Assembly (NCBI GenBank): GCA_041479345.1 | Contig: JBGOXX010000002.1 | Location: forward strand, 1-40,308 | DNA: 40,308 bases | Direction: 5' to 3' | From: Alphaproteobacteria bacterium | Lineage (GTDB): Bacteria; Pseudomonadota; Alphaproteobacteria; DATDPM01 | Shown here: positions 1 to 10,157 of the stretch, piece after piece | Layout of the letters: each line of letters opens with the position of its first letter | Position numbering within the stretch: the stretch's first letter is position 1 | Program-made: the position numbers and the translations under genes | Notes under the pieces: model-generated | What the model saw: only the letters and a program-made list of their open reading frames with translations | What the model was told of the DNA's origin: nothing | Database searches by the model: none

Positions 1-1
1 C

Positions 2-2611
2 ATCCTTCGGGCTTGGCTCGGCGGCCCCGTTTCACGTCCTTCGCTCATCGGCGGCGATTACCTCGAATTATTCCTGACCCAGAAAGGCGAGCCGCGCGCC
101 GAAAAAACCCTGATCTCGAAATCGCTCGCCGCCGATCCGCAAGCGGCGGCCGCGATGCGAACCGAACAGGCACGGCTCTTGGCGCTTCGCGAACGGGTCA
201 AGGCGGTGGATGTGGCGGAAGCAACCGCCGATCTTCTGCAGTTGAGTAAAGCGATGCTGGATGCTTACAAAACGGAAAAATCGACGCGGGCCTTGCTCGA
301 CTACGACGATTTGATCTTGAAAGCCCAGGATCTTCTCGGGCGGCAAGGCGGTGTTTCCTGGGTGCTCTACAAACTCGACGGCGGCATCGATCATATCCTG
401 ATCGACGAAGCCCAGGATACCAGCCCGGAGCAATGGGATGTCATTCGCGCCTTGGCCGAAGAATTTTTTGCGGGAGCCGGTGCCCGCGAAGAGCTGGTGT
501 TGCCGCGAACGCTGTTTGCCGTGGGCGACGAAAAACAATCGATCTTCAGTTTTCAGGGCGCCGATCTCGCCGTATTCGAGACGATGCATGAGCATTTCAA
601 GGAACGCGCTCAAGAGTCGCGGCGCGATTTTGTCAATCTCCCTCTCGAACGTTCATTCCGTACCGCGCCGGCCGTCCTCCATGCGGTCGACCGGGTCTTT
701 GCAAGGGATGCCGCACGAGACGGCGTCGTGCTTCCGGGAACGTCGCTGGTACATCAGCCGCTTCGCGAAGGCGACGCGGGGTTGGTCGAGATCTGGGACG
801 TCGAGAAGCCGCCGGCAAGCGATGAACCCAATCCGTGGGACGCGCCGCTCGACCAGATGGCGGAGGACAGTCCGCCGTCACGCTTGGCCAGGCGCATCGC
901 AAATACCATTCATGGGTGGATCGAAAATAAGGAGATTCTTTTATCGCGCGGCCGGCCGATCGAGGCGCAGGACATCATGATCCTGGTTCGCCGGCGCAAC
1001 GATTTCTTCGATGCTATGGTGCGGGCGCTGAAGCTGCAGAATATTCCCGTCGCCGGTACCGACCGCATGGTGCTGTCCGATCAGCTGGCGGTCATGGATC
1101 TGATGGCGCTGGGCCAATTCGCGCTTCTGCCCGAAGACGATTTGACTCTGGCGACCGTCTTGAAAGGCCCGCTCTTCTGTCTGAGCGACGATGATTTGAT
1201 CGAGCTTGGCCACCGGCGCGATGGCTCGCTCTGGCAGGCGCTGAAATCCCGCGCCTCGGATAATCTCCATTGGCAGGCGGCGCGCGACGAGCTCGCGGAA
1301 ATTCTTTCCGGTGTGGATTTTGTGCCGCCCTTCGAGTTCTACGCCGCGGTTCTGGCGGAACGGGAGGGACGCAAGCGGATGATCGCGCGATTGGGATTCG
1401 AGGCGAATGATCCGATCAATGAATTCCTGTCGCTGGCGATTGCCTATGGGGCGGAGCATCCGCCCTCGCTGCAGGGATTCCTGCAATGGTTCTCCCGCAA
1501 CCCGATCGAAGTAAAACGCGATCTCGATGTCGCGCGGCGGGAAGTCCGGGTGATGACGGTCCACGGCGCCAAGGGGCTTGAGGCCGAGATCGTGTTCTTG
1601 CCCGATACCTGCGCCGTTCCCGATCACCGGCAGGAATCACGGCTCATCTGGGCGGATGGCATGATGCTGTGGCCGGTTCGCAAGGAAAATGAGGAGAGGA
1701 TTTGCGCCGCTGCGCGTGCCGAGGAAAAACGCCGCCGCGACCAGGAGCACCGGCGGCTTCTCTATGTGGCGATGACGCGTGCCCGCGATCGTCTCTATGT
1801 TTGCGGTTATGAGGGGAAAAAAGCGCGTCCGCCGGGCTGCTGGTACGATCTCGTGCGCGAAGCGCTGAGGGACGTTGCACAGCCCGTGACATTGAAGGAC
1901 GGAACCGAAGTCCTGCGACTCGCTAATGATCAACGCTGGCCGCCCCGAGACTCCCGCAAAGCGGCAACCATCGAGCAGGCCGGCGCTCTTCCCTCCTGGG
2001 CGATCCTTCCCCCCGCACCGGAGCCCCCGGTGCCGGTGCCGCTGGCCCCGTCGCGGCCGCTCGAGGCCGAACCGCCGGCCCTGTCGCCGCTCGCCGGTCC
2101 GGGCGGTCACGAAGGCGAGGCGGTGCGGCGCGGCCGCATCATCCACCGCCTGCTCGAGCTTCTGCCGCCGCTGTCGGCTGCTGAACGCGAGCCAGCGTGC
2201 CGCCGTTTTCTTGATCTCTCGATTCACGGTCTGGATCCGGCGCAGAAAAAAGCGATCGCCGCCGAGACGCTGGCGATTCTTTCGGATCCTATTTTCGGTC
2301 ATCTCTTCGGCCCTGGGTCGCGCGCCGAGGTTTCGTTGGCGGGAAAAATCGGCAATCGGGTCATTGCCGGTCAGGTCGACCGGCTTCTTGTCATGGACGG
2401 CGAAGTTCATATCGTCGACTACAAGACCAATCGGCCGGTTCCGGATTCGGCCGAGCAAGCGCCGGTTGCATATTTGAAGCAGATGGCGGCTTACCGTGCG
2501 GTTTTGACCGAGATTTATCCAAAGCATAGTGTCCGCTGTGCGCTCTTGTGGACGGTCGCGCCGAAATTGATGCCTATTTCAAAGGAAATTCTCGACCGCC
2601 ACGCACCTTGA
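2..2611 (+). CDS. addA: Double-strand break repair helicase/nuclease AddA, C-terminal ~870 aa. The 5' end lies outside the window.
   Basis: The frame of the 155..2611 ORF stays open back to nt 2 (I read the codons and found no stop). UvrD-type C-terminal helicase motifs are present (VMTVHGAKGLEAEIVFL, LLYVAMTRARDRLYV), as is a terminal PD-(D/E)XK nuclease motif (VHIVDYKTNRP). addA followed by trxA is typical alphaproteobacterial synteny. Confidence 0.85.
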   Translation: MLRAWLGGPVSRPSLIGGDYLELFLTQKGEPRAEKTLISKSLAADPQAAAAMRTEQARLLALRERVKAVDVAEATADLLQLSKAMLDAYKTEKSTRALLDYDDLILKAQDLLGRQGGVSWVLYKLDGGIDHILIDEAQDTSPEQWDVIRALAEEFFAGAGAREELVLPRTLFAVGDEKQSIFSFQGADLAVFETMHEHFKERAQESRRDFVNLPLERSFRTAPAVLHAVDRVFARDAARDGVVLPGTSLVHQPLREGDAGLVEIWDVEKPPASDEPNPWDAPLDQMAEDSPPSRLARRIANTIHGWIENKEILLSRGRPIEAQDIMILVRRRNDFFDAMVRALKLQNIPVAGTDRMVLSDQLAVMDLMALGQFALLPEDDLTLATVLKGPLFCLSDDDLIELGHRRDGSLWQALKSRASDNLHWQAARDELAEILSGVDFVPPFEFYAAVLAEREGRKRMIARLGFEANDPINEFLSLAIAYGAEHPPSLQGFLQWFSRNPIEVKRDLDVARREVRVMTVHGAKGLEAEIVFLPDTCAVPDHRQESRLIWADGMMLWPVRKENEERICAAARAEEKRRRDQEHRRLLYVAMTRARDRLYVCGYEGKKARPPGCWYDLVREALRDVAQPVTLKDGTEVLRLANDQRWPPRDSRKAATIEQAGALPSWAILPPAPEPPVPVPLAPSRPLEAEPPALSPLAGPGGHEGEAVRRGRIIHRLLELLPPLSAAEREPACRRFLDLSIHGLDPAQKKAIAAETLAILSDPIFGHLFGPGSRAEVSLAGKIGNRVIAGQVDRLLVMDGEVHIVDYKTNRPVPDSAEQAPVAYLKQMAAYRAVLTEIYPKHSVRCALLWTVAPKLMPISKEILDRHAP

Positions 2612-2701
2612 CGGGCCCGCTCCTCAACCATAGATTCGTGACAATCCCCCCGGGCCTCCGGGCGCCCGCTACAATTCCCCAAAATTTGAGAGGAGACCGT
2701 T

Positions 2702-3019
2702 GTGCCGAGCCATGTGACCGATAAAAGTTTCGAGCAGGATGTTCTCAAGGCACCGGGACCGGTGCTGGTCGACTTCTGGGCGGAATGGTGCGGCCCGTGC
2801 CTGCAGATCGCACCCTTCCTCGAAGAGCTGGCCAAGGACATGGCCGGAAAGGTGACGGTGGCCAAAATCAATATCGACGAGAATCGCGCCACCCCCACCA
2901 AATACAATGTGCGCGGCATCCCCACCTTGATGATCTTCAAAAATGGCCAAGTGGCGGCGATGAAGGTCGGCAGCTTACCGAAGAGCAAGCTCTATGAGTG
3001 GGTCGAGCAGGCGCTCTGA
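2702..3019 (+). CDS. trxA: Thioredoxin
   Basis: 105 aa with the canonical WCGPC active site in FWAEWCGPC and [14 protein letters not shown] start with GAGAGGAG about 8 nt upstream. Confidence 0.95.
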   Translation: MPSHVTDKSFEQDVLKAPGPVLVDFWAEWCGPCLQIAPFLEELAKDMAGKVTVAKINIDENRATPTKYNVRGIPTLMIFKNGQVAAMKVGSLPKSKLYEWVEQAL

Positions 3020-3049
3020 TCCCGGCGCAATTCCGGTCGCTCGTTAACG

Positions 3050-3079
3050 AAGGCCCCGCCAATGCATCGGCGGGGCCTT
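3050..3079. terminator. Bidirectional stem-loop between the convergent genes trxA and folC
   Basis: AAGGCCCCGCC (3050-3060) and GGCGGGGCCTT (3069-3079) form a perfect 11-bp stem around an 8-nt loop. TCGTTT follows on the + strand. The hairpin sits directly against the folC stop (3084-3086). Confidence 0.65.
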
Positions 3080-3083
3080 TCGT

Positions 3084-4400
3084 TTAGCCGTTGTCGGCCA
3101 ACACCTGGCCCGCAAGATAAAGCGAGCCGCAAATCAGAATGCGAACCGGTTCACCGGCGCCGGCGATTTCCCCAATCGCCGCTTCAACCGAAGACGCGAC
3201 TTTGGCGTCGTGCCCGGCCTGCCGGGCCAGCGCCGCAGCTTCCTCCGCCGAGAGACTTGCCGATTCGCCGGTGATCGCGACCGCGCGCAAGGATCGCGCA
3301 TAGGGCGCCAACGGCCGCAAAAAACCGCCACCATCCTTGGTGTTCAGCATTCCGAAGACCAGATGCAGCGGGAGATCGTTCCAAGTTTTCGCCGCGTCGC
3401 CAAGCACTTCTCCGGCCGCCGGATTGTGTCCGCCGTCGAGCCACAATTCCGATCGGGAGTCGTTCAGATGCTCGGCCAGGGGGCCTTGCGTCAAGCGCTG
3501 CAGACGTGCCGGCCACTCCACTTTGCGTAACCCGGTGCGAATGGCGTTCTCGGTTACCGAGAGGGGCGTGTGACGCAGGCAGGCAATCGCGGTTGCCGCA
3601 TTGACGAGCTGATGCGCTCCGGCAAGACCCGGTCTGGGAAGCTCCTGGTTATTCGTGCCGTCGCGGACCAGCATGCCATTGCCGCTGGCTTCCACCGACC
3701 ATTCTTGTCCGAAACGGAACAACGGCGATCGAAGATCTTGCGCACGCGCGGCAATCACGTTCGCAGCGTCGCCCAATTGCGGGCCGACCACGCAGGGCGT
3801 GCCGGATTTGAGAATTCCCGCCTTTTCGCCGGCGATTTTGGCGATGGTTTCACCGAGAAATTGAGTGTGGTCGAGGGAGATCGGGGTGATCGCCGTGCAT
3901 ACCGGATCGGCGATGACATTGGTTGCATCCAGTCTTCCTCCGAGCCCGGTTTCGAGCAGGACGATGTCCGCCGGCTGCCGCGCGAACGCAAGAAAAGCCG
4001 CAGCGGTGGTGATTTCGAAAAACGTAATCGGCGCGCCGTCATTGGCCGCTTCGCATTCCGAAAGCACGTCGAAAAGATCGTCGTCGGAAACAAGCGAACC
4101 GGCCAAACGAATGCGTTCGTTGAAGTGCACGAGATGAGGCGAGGTATAGACATGGACGCGATGCCCCGCCGCCTCGAAAATTGCGCGCAAGAAGGCGATC
4201 GCCGATCCCTTGCCGTTGGTGCCCGCCACATGAATAACCGGGGGGAGTCTTTCTTCCGGGTGGCCGAGCGCCTTCAAAAGCCGCTCGATCCGCTCCAAGG
4301 AAAGATCGATGATCTTGGGATGGAGCGCCCACAGCCGCTGCAGGACCGGATCAGTCTTGGCGCTGGTTATTCGCGCCGCTGGAATCATCGACAGGGTCAT
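3084..4400 (-). CDS. folC: Bifunctional folylpolyglutamate synthase / dihydrofolate synthase
   Basis: 438 aa Mur-ligase-family protein with P-loop [10 protein letters not shown] and a typical FolC C-terminal domain. Its ATG overlaps the accD stop (ATGA at 4397-4400). accD-folC linkage is conserved. Confidence 0.9.
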   Translation of the reverse strand: MTLSMIPAARITSAKTDPVLQRLWALHPKIIDLSLERIERLLKALGHPEERLPPVIHVAGTNGKGSAIAFLRAIFEAAGHRVHVYTSPHLVHFNERIRLAGSLVSDDDLFDVLSECEAANDGAPITFFEITTAAAFLAFARQPADIVLLETGLGGRLDATNVIADPVCTAITPISLDHTQFLGETIAKIAGEKAGILKSGTPCVVGPQLGDAANVIAARAQDLRSPLFRFGQEWSVEASGNGMLVRDGTNNQELPRPGLAGAHQLVNAATAIACLRHTPLSVTENAIRTGLRKVEWPARLQRLTQGPLAEHLNDSRSELWLDGGHNPAAGEVLGDAAKTWNDLPLHLVFGMLNTKDGGGFLRPLAPYARSLRAVAITGESASLSAEEAAALARQAGHDAKVASSVEAAIGEIAGAGEPVRILICGSLYLAGQVLADNG

Positions 4401-5293
4401 TGGGCGGCACGCGGCAGGCCGGCGGCGCCGTTTTCGACCGCGGGAGCCCGATTCCGCAACAAGGCGACAAGGCGGATGAGGAGGGAACGCAACTCCCCGC
4501 GCTTGGCGACGATATCCACCATGCCGTGATCGAGGAGATATTCGGCGCGCTGAAATCCTTCGGGGAGCTTTTCCTTGATCGTTTTTTCGATCACCCGCGC
4601 ACCGGCAAAGCAGATGATGGCGCCCGGCTCGGCAATCTGCACGTCACCCAGCATGGCGAAGGAGGCAGTGACGCCGCCGGTGGTCGGATCGCCCAGGACG
4701 ACGATATAGGGAAGCCCGGCGGCCTTAACTTCTTCGACGCCGATAACGGTGCGCGGAAGTTGCATGAGGGAAAGAATCCCTTCCTGCATCCGCGCGCCGC
4801 CGGATGCGCAGATCGCGATCAGCGGTGCGTCCTGCAGCACCGCCAGTTTGGCGGCCGCCAGGAAGGCTTCGCCAACCGCAACGCCCATCGAGCCGCCGAG
4901 GAAATCGAAATCGAAAGCTGCGATCACCGCCGCCGATCCGCCAAGCAAGCCGTGGGCGACGACCAGCGCCTCGGGTTCACCGGTGCGCGTTTGGCTTTCC
5001 TTGAGGCGTTCGGCGTAGCGGCGCAAATCCCGGAAGTGCAGCGGATCGACGATCGTTTTCGGCAATTCGATGCGCTGATATTGCCCGTAGTCGAAGAGAA
5101 GCTTCAGGCGCTGCTTCGCCGGAATCCGCATGTGATGATCGCAATGCGGACAGACGAAAAGATTGGATTCGAGTTCGCGATGGAAAACCATTTGCCCGCA
5201 ACTCGGGCATTTCCGCCACAGATTGTCGGGCAGCTCTTTCTTGGCGACGAGCGCGCGGATTTTGGGCCGCACAAAGTTGGTGAGCCAATTCAT
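4397..5293 (-). CDS. accD: Acetyl-CoA carboxylase carboxyltransferase beta subunit
   Basis: 298 aa with an N-terminal Zn ribbon ([29 protein letters not shown]) followed by the carboxyltransferase domain ([13 protein letters not shown]). Confidence 0.93.
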   Translation of the reverse strand: MNWLTNFVRPKIRALVAKKELPDNLWRKCPSCGQMVFHRELESNLFVCPHCDHHMRIPAKQRLKLLFDYGQYQRIELPKTIVDPLHFRDLRRYAERLKESQTRTGEPEALVVAHGLLGGSAAVIAAFDFDFLGGSMGVAVGEAFLAAAKLAVLQDAPLIAICASGGARMQEGILSLMQLPRTVIGVEEVKAAGLPYIVVLGDPTTGGVTASFAMLGDVQIAEPGAIICFAGARVIEKTIKEKLPEGFQRAEYLLDHGMVDIVAKRGELRSLLIRLVALLRNRAPAVENGAAGLPRAAQ

Positions 5294-5299
5294 CGGAAC

Positions 5300-6181
5300 T
5301 TAAGCCTTTACGCGAGCGCCGCGCACACCGTCCGCCAGGCGGCGCGTCAAATCCAAAACATTCGATATCAGGGCCGGCTTCGCCTTTCCGGCATCGTCGA
5401 GCGAGTCCGCAATCTTGCGAACCAGCGCCGATCCGACGACCGCGGCATCGGCAACGCGCGAAATCAGCCCTGCTTGTTCGGGCGTGCTGATGCCAAATCC
5501 GACGGCGACCGGCAGTTCGGTGTGCCGGCGAATTCGCGCCACCGCTTTTTCCACCTGAGCGGCATCGGCAGTGGCCGTGCCGGTAATACCGGTGATCGAA
5601 ACGTAATAGATAAATCCGCTGGTATGGGCGAGAACCGTCGGCAAACGCACATCGTCGGTGGTTGGGGTCGCCAGCCGGATGAAATTCAATCCGGCTTCAA
5701 GCGCGGGCAGACACAGCTCCGCGTCTTCCTCCGGCGGCAGATCCACCACAATAAGCCCATCGACGCCCGCCGTTCGTGCGTCGGCGAGAAATTTCTGGTT
5801 TCCGTAGCTGTAGATGGGATTGTAGTAGCCCATCAATACGACCGGCGTTTCCTTGTCGTCGGCGCGAAAGCTGCGCACCTGGGCCAGAACCTTGCGCAAG
5901 GTCATGCCGGCTTTGAGCGCGCGCAAACTGCTTTGCTGAATGGCGGGGCCGTCGGCCATCGGATCGGAAAACGGCATGCCGAGCTCGATGATATCCGCGC
6001 CCGCCGCCACCAGGCCCTTCATCAGGGCGAGCGAGGTTTCGGGATCGGGATCGCCGGCGGTAATGAAGGTGACCAGGCCCGCTCGTCCTTCTTTCTTGAG
6101 GGCGGCGAATCGCCGGTGGATCAGCCCGGAATCGGCGACCGCGGTCTTCGCGATATTGGTTGCGGCTTCGGCGGAGGTCAC
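5300..6181 (-). CDS. trpA: Tryptophan synthase alpha chain
   Basis: TrpA hallmarks are present ([29 protein letters not shown]). I prefer the GTG at 6181, which overlaps the trpB stop as GTGA, over the track's upstream ATG at 6244. The exact start remains uncertain. Confidence 0.9.
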   Translation of the reverse strand: MTSAEAATNIAKTAVADSGLIHRRFAALKKEGRAGLVTFITAGDPDPETSLALMKGLVAAGADIIELGMPFSDPMADGPAIQQSSLRALKAGMTLRKVLAQVRSFRADDKETPVVLMGYYNPIYSYGNQKFLADARTAGVDGLIVVDLPPEEDAELCLPALEAGLNFIRLATPTTDDVRLPTVLAHTSGFIYYVSITGITGTATADAAQVEKAVARIRRHTELPVAVGFGISTPEQAGLISRVADAAVVGSALVRKIADSLDDAGKAKPALISNVLDLTRRLADGVRGARVKA

Positions 6182-7428
6182 AGCTTTACCCCTTGGGTCT
6201 TGGCAACGGTGAAAATGTCCTTGTCGCCGCGGCCGCTCAGACAAATGATGATGATGTGATCCCGCGGCAGTTTGGGCGCAATCTTCGTTACATGGGCCAC
6301 CGCATGGGCGGATTCGAGCGCGGGAATGATACCCTCGATCCGGGTTAAAAGCTTGAAGGCGTCCAAGGCCTCGTTGTCGGTGATCGTTGCGTATTCGGCG
6401 CGTCCCGTTTCATAAAGCCAGGAATGTTCCGGTCCGATCCCGGGGTAATCGAGGCCGGCGGAAATCGAATGGGCTTCCAGAATCTGGCCGTCGTCATTCT
6501 GCAAAAGATAAGTCCGATTGCCGTGAAGAATACCGGGACGCCCGCCGGTCAAGGAGGCCGCGTGTTGCCCGGTCTCGATGCCGTGCCCACCGGCCTCGAC
6601 CCCGATCAGGCGCACCGCCCGTTGATCGAGAAAGGGATGGAATAGCCCCATGGCATTCGATCCGCCACCGACGCAGGCAACGAGCGTATCCGGATGACGA
6701 CCTTCGGATTCGATGATCTGTTCCTTCACCTCATTGCCGATGACCGATTGGAAATCGCGGACCATGGCCGGGTAGGGATGGGGTCCTGCGACCGTGCCGA
6801 TCAGGTAATAGGTCGATTCGACATTGGCGACCCAATCGCGGAGCGCTTCGTTCAGCGCGTCCTTCAGCGTGCGCGAGCCGGAATTTACCGGCACCACCTC
6901 GGCGCCCAGCAATTTCATCCGGTACACATTCGACGCTTGGCGCTCGATATCGGTCTCGCCCATGTAGATGACGCAGGGCAGGTCGAACAGCGCGCAAACG
7001 GTGGCGGTCGCGACTCCGTGCTGGCCGGCGCCGGTTTCGGCGATGATGCGGCGCTTGCCCATGCGCCGGGCCAGCAAAATCTGGCCGATGCAATTGTTGA
7101 TCTTGTGCGCGCCGGTGTGATTGAGATCTTCGCGCTTGAGGTAAATCTTGGCGCCGCCGAGATGGGCGGTGAGGCGTTCGGCGAAATAGAGCGGGTTCGG
7201 CCGCCCGGCATACTGTCTTAGGTAATAGTCGAATTCGGTTTGGAACAGGTCGTCCGCTTTCGCCTTGGTATAGGCGCGCTCCAATTCGAGGACGAGCGGC
7301 ATCAAGGTCTCGGCGACATAGCGGCCGCCGAAAATCCCGAAATGGCCGTTCTCATCCGGACCGGCGCGGAAGGTGTTGATGCGTTCCATGGGGCTTGGAT
7401 TCGTGAAAACCTTTGTTGAATGAACCAT
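6178..7428 (-). CDS. trpB: Tryptophan synthase beta chain
   Basis: PLP-lysine motif [11 protein letters not shown] and GGGSNAMG. An alternative start is possible at the internal Met (MERINTF, nt 7389). Confidence 0.95.
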   Translation of the reverse strand: MVHSTKVFTNPSPMERINTFRAGPDENGHFGIFGGRYVAETLMPLVLELERAYTKAKADDLFQTEFDYYLRQYAGRPNPLYFAERLTAHLGGAKIYLKREDLNHTGAHKINNCIGQILLARRMGKRRIIAETGAGQHGVATATVCALFDLPCVIYMGETDIERQASNVYRMKLLGAEVVPVNSGSRTLKDALNEALRDWVANVESTYYLIGTVAGPHPYPAMVRDFQSVIGNEVKEQIIESEGRHPDTLVACVGGGSNAMGLFHPFLDQRAVRLIGVEAGGHGIETGQHAASLTGGRPGILHGNRTYLLQNDDGQILEAHSISAGLDYPGIGPEHSWLYETGRAEYATITDNEALDAFKLLTRIEGIIPALESAHAVAHVTKIAPKLPRDHIIIICLSGRGDKDIFTVAKTQGVKL

Positions 7429-7515
7429 AGGGACCGGGGTCCAGTAAAGCCCGACGGTGCCGCACCCGATCCAAGTAACCTATTGTGATTACGGCGATTT
7501 CTCAGGCCGGCCGAA

Positions 7516-8166
7516 TTACCGTGCGGCCTTGGCGGCGGCCACGAAGCGGGCGATGCGCTGCGGGTCTTTGTGGCCCGGTCGGTCCTCGACCCCGGAGGAA
7601 ACATCGACTGAGCGCGCCCCGGAGGTCTGGATAGCCTCGGCGACGTTTTCCGGGTTCAGCCCACCGGAGAGCATCCACGAGACCGGCCGTGAAAACCCCC
7701 TGAGCAATTCCCAATCGAAGGCCAAGGCGTTGCCGCCGGGGAGAGCCCCCTTCAGGGTCGGCGGCGGTTTGGCGTCGAAAAGCAAGCGGTCGGCAATGCC
7801 TTCGAAGGGGACCGCTTCGGCCAAATCGGATTGTTGCGCGAGCTTCACGGCCTTGATGACCGGCCGGCCGAATCGGGATTTGACGGCGGCAACGCGCTCA
7901 CGGGTTTCGCTCCCATGAAGCTGAATCATATCGAAGGGAAACAGGCTGAGGGTTTGCGCAATCGCTTCGTCGTCCGGGTCGACGAACAACGCAATCTTCA
8001 CGATATGGCCCGGGAGCTCGGCCGCAATCTGTGCTGCCTGTTGCGGCGTGACGTGGCGCGGCGATTTCGAAAAGAAGACGAAGCCGGCGAGATCGGCGCG
8101 CACTTCGGCTACGGCGCGGGCGGCTTCCCGCGAATTGACGCCGCAGATTTTGACCTCGACTGTCAT
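7516..8166 (-). CDS. trpF: N-(5'-phosphoribosyl)anthranilate isomerase
   Basis: 216 aa with an N-terminal VKICGV and the expected size. It sits immediately upstream of trpB-trpA, the classical trpFBA arrangement. Confidence 0.9.
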   Translation of the reverse strand: MTVEVKICGVNSREAARAVAEVRADLAGFVFFSKSPRHVTPQQAAQIAAELPGHIVKIALFVDPDDEAIAQTLSLFPFDMIQLHGSETRERVAAVKSRFGRPVIKAVKLAQQSDLAEAVPFEGIADRLLFDAKPPPTLKGALPGGNALAFDWELLRGFSRPVSWMLSGGLNPENVAEAIQTSGARSVDVSSGVEDRPGHKDPQRIARFVAAAKAAR

Positions 8167-8171
8167 GATTC

Positions 8172-8891
8172 CTAAAACGCGGCCAGTTCGCCCGCGATGC
8201 GAAGTGCGGCTTGCCTCGGATCGGAAGCGCCGGTAATCGGCCGGCCGATGACCAGGATATCGGCGCCGAGCTCTAGCGCTTCAATGGGCGCCGTCACCCG
8301 CTTCTGATCTTGCGCTGCCGCCCAAGGCGGGCGAAGTCCCGGTACCACCAGGGTGAAATCGGGTCCGCAATCGGCGCGCAGGGCCGCGATCTCGTGGGCC
8401 GAGCAGACCGCACCATCGATTCCGCAATTCTGTGCGAGCGATGCCAGCCGCCGCACTTGATCCGAAACCTTGTCGCGAATTCCGGTTTCTTGAAGATCCC
8501 CCTGATCGAGGCTGGTCAGGACGGTGACCGCGACCAGCTTCGGCCGAACGCCGCCGGATTTCCCGGTTTTTTCTTTTGCCGCCTCTGCCGCCGCCCGCAA
8601 CATGGCCGCGCCGCCCGCGGCGTGGACGGTGAGAATCGCAGGATTCAGCGGTAGAACCGATCGCACCGCGCCGGCGACCGTGTTCGGAATATCGTGAAGC
8701 TTGAGATCGAGAAAAACCGGCATGCCGGAAATTTCCGCGACACCCTTGGGCCCGTTCGCGGCGAAGAATTCGAGGCCCAGCTTGACGCCTCCGACCGCCC
8801 CTTTGAGCGCGTGGGAAAGCTTCCGCGCGGCGGCGACGTCCGGGGTGTCGAGGGCACAAAATATGCGGCTTGCGGGATCGAGCTTCATCAT
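8172..8891 (-). CDS. pyrF: Orotidine 5'-phosphate decarboxylase
   Basis: 239 aa with OMP decarboxylase motifs IFCALD and FLDLKLHDIPNTV. Confidence 0.92.
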   Translation of the reverse strand: MMKLDPASRIFCALDTPDVAAARKLSHALKGAVGGVKLGLEFFAANGPKGVAEISGMPVFLDLKLHDIPNTVAGAVRSVLPLNPAILTVHAAGGAAMLRAAAEAAKEKTGKSGGVRPKLVAVTVLTSLDQGDLQETGIRDKVSDQVRRLASLAQNCGIDGAVCSAHEIAALRADCGPDFTLVVPGLRPPWAAAQDQKRVTAPIEALELGADILVIGRPITGASDPRQAALRIAGELAAF

Positions 8892-9148
8892 GACGATATA
8901 TCCGTTAGATCAGTATATAACAATTTTCTGAAAACTGCCGCGGCTCGATTCAAAGAAATGACGAAGTATTTCAGCGTGTATCGCAAATTGCAGCACTTCC
9001 ATAAAATTTTAAATTCTACAATTGTATTTTTCAGGATTTGCTAATCCTTCCTCTTTATGCTGCTCTGTTGGCGTATCAGAGATTGGGCGCGAGTGATAAC
9101 GATCCAGTCCGATTACGCCAGGCAGGCAGGAACGAGGATAGGATTGCG

Positions 9149-9358
9149 ATGGAGATTCCAAGCGGAGTTACCATCAATCCGGCCGCTGAAACAGCAGCGG
9201 CAACGGCGGTACGCAAGGTCGGCGCCGATCAGAAAGATCAGGTCGCGACCAAGCAGACGGCTCAGGCGCTCGACCACGCCAAAAAGGGCGAGCGCGGCGG
9301 CCGCTCCGCCGAACGCCAGGAAGATGGGCGCGGGTTGCAACTCGACATTCGTGCGTGA
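9149..9358 (+). CDS. Small hypothetical protein (69 aa). The C-terminus is faintly reminiscent of YjfB-type 'putative motility' proteins.
   Basis: ATG at 9149 lies 10 nt downstream of GAGGA (9134-9138). First codon positions are G-rich and third positions GC-rich, as expected for a real frame. The protein ends in GRGLQLDIRA. No strong family match can be made by eye. Confidence 0.35.
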   Translation: MEIPSGVTINPAAETAAATAVRKVGADQKDQVATKQTAQALDHAKKGERGGRSAERQEDGRGLQLDIRA

Positions 9359-9398
9359 GTCCCGTTCGCGGGGCCGCACTCTTTCCCTTTGCATAAAA

Positions 9399-9761
9399 TC
9401 AACGCCGAAGCGTAATCGCGGGAATCTTGCCCTCTTCGGCTGCGGCGCCCGGGAGGGCGCCGCCGCGGGCTGGGTCCGCCTTGGCCGCGTCGCTCAGGGC
9501 GATAATTTCGGTCTCCAGATGCTCGATACGCCGCGCCCGGTCTCGGGCGAGTTTTCGCCATTTGCGCTGGGCGAACCAGGAGCCGATCCAGCCGAGAAAG
9601 AATCCGAAAAATAGCGCCGCGAAAGCGACGAGATAAAGGCCAAGCTCGATTTGGAAATCGAAAGGCCAGAAATGGAGGGTGACGAGCTCGCGATTAGGAA
9701 CCGCGAACATGATCGCGATCGCGGCGGCAAAAAGAAAGAGAATGAAAAGCGGGAGTCTCAT
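9399..9761 (-). CDS. lapA: LapA/DUF1049-family inner-membrane protein (lipopolysaccharide assembly protein A-like)
   Basis: MRLPLFILFLFAAAIAIMFAV...LGLYLVAFAALFFGFFLGWIGSWF gives two TM helices followed by a charged coiled tail. The position directly downstream of ihfB is typical in alphaproteobacteria. Start taken at the internal Met (9761). Confidence 0.75.
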   Translation of the reverse strand: MRLPLFILFLFAAAIAIMFAVPNRELVTLHFWPFDFQIELGLYLVAFAALFFGFFLGWIGSWFAQRKWRKLARDRARRIEHLETEIIALSDAAKADPARGGALPGAAAEEGKIPAITLRR

Positions 9762-9782
9762 GGCGCCCCGCCGGGGCAAACG

Positions 9783-10067
9783 CTAGCGCTTGCCATTTAG
9801 CCGCTCGCGCAGCTCCTTGCCGGTCTTGAAAAAGGGGATGTGCTTTTCGCTCACCTTGACGGTGGTGCCGGTCCGCGGGTTGCGGCCGAGCCTGGCTTCG
9901 CGGTGCTTGACCGAAAACGCGCCGAAGCCGCGCAGCTCCACCCGGTCGCCCTTCGCCAAAGCCTCGGAAATCTCGTCGAAAACGGTTGCAACGATGCGTT
10001 CCACATCGCGCAGATAGAGATGCGGATTTTGTTCCGCGAGCTTGGCGATCAGTTCGGATTTCGTCAT
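9783..10067 (-). CDS. ihfB: Integration host factor beta subunit
   Basis: [11 protein letters not shown]...[31 protein letters not shown] is a canonical HU/IHF fold. Start taken at MTKSEL (10067) rather than the track's upstream 10112. Confidence 0.92.
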   Translation of the reverse strand: MTKSELIAKLAEQNPHLYLRDVERIVATVFDEISEALAKGDRVELRGFGAFSVKHREARLGRNPRTGTTVKVSEKHIPFFKTGKELRERLNGKR

Positions 10068-10157
10068 GCCAGAACGTCCCCTGCTTCGCGTTCTTTCTCC
10101 CCGGTGCCCCACCGGGCCGAGAGTCCAAATCAGCCGGAACTATTTGGAATCACGAGC

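Noticed and set aside
4400-6259. 619-aa ORF on the + strand, opposite accD and trpA
   Set aside because: It is fully antisense to two unmistakable genes. The translation is Arg/Gly/Ala/Asp-rich with no recognisable motif. Long stop-free antisense frames are expected in high-GC DNA.
9113-9394. 93-aa minus-strand ORF as an alternative to the small + strand ORF
   Set aside because: It is Arg/Cys-rich with no SD. Its third codon positions coincide with the G-rich first positions of the + frame, which shows the more gene-like periodicity. It is still unproven either way.
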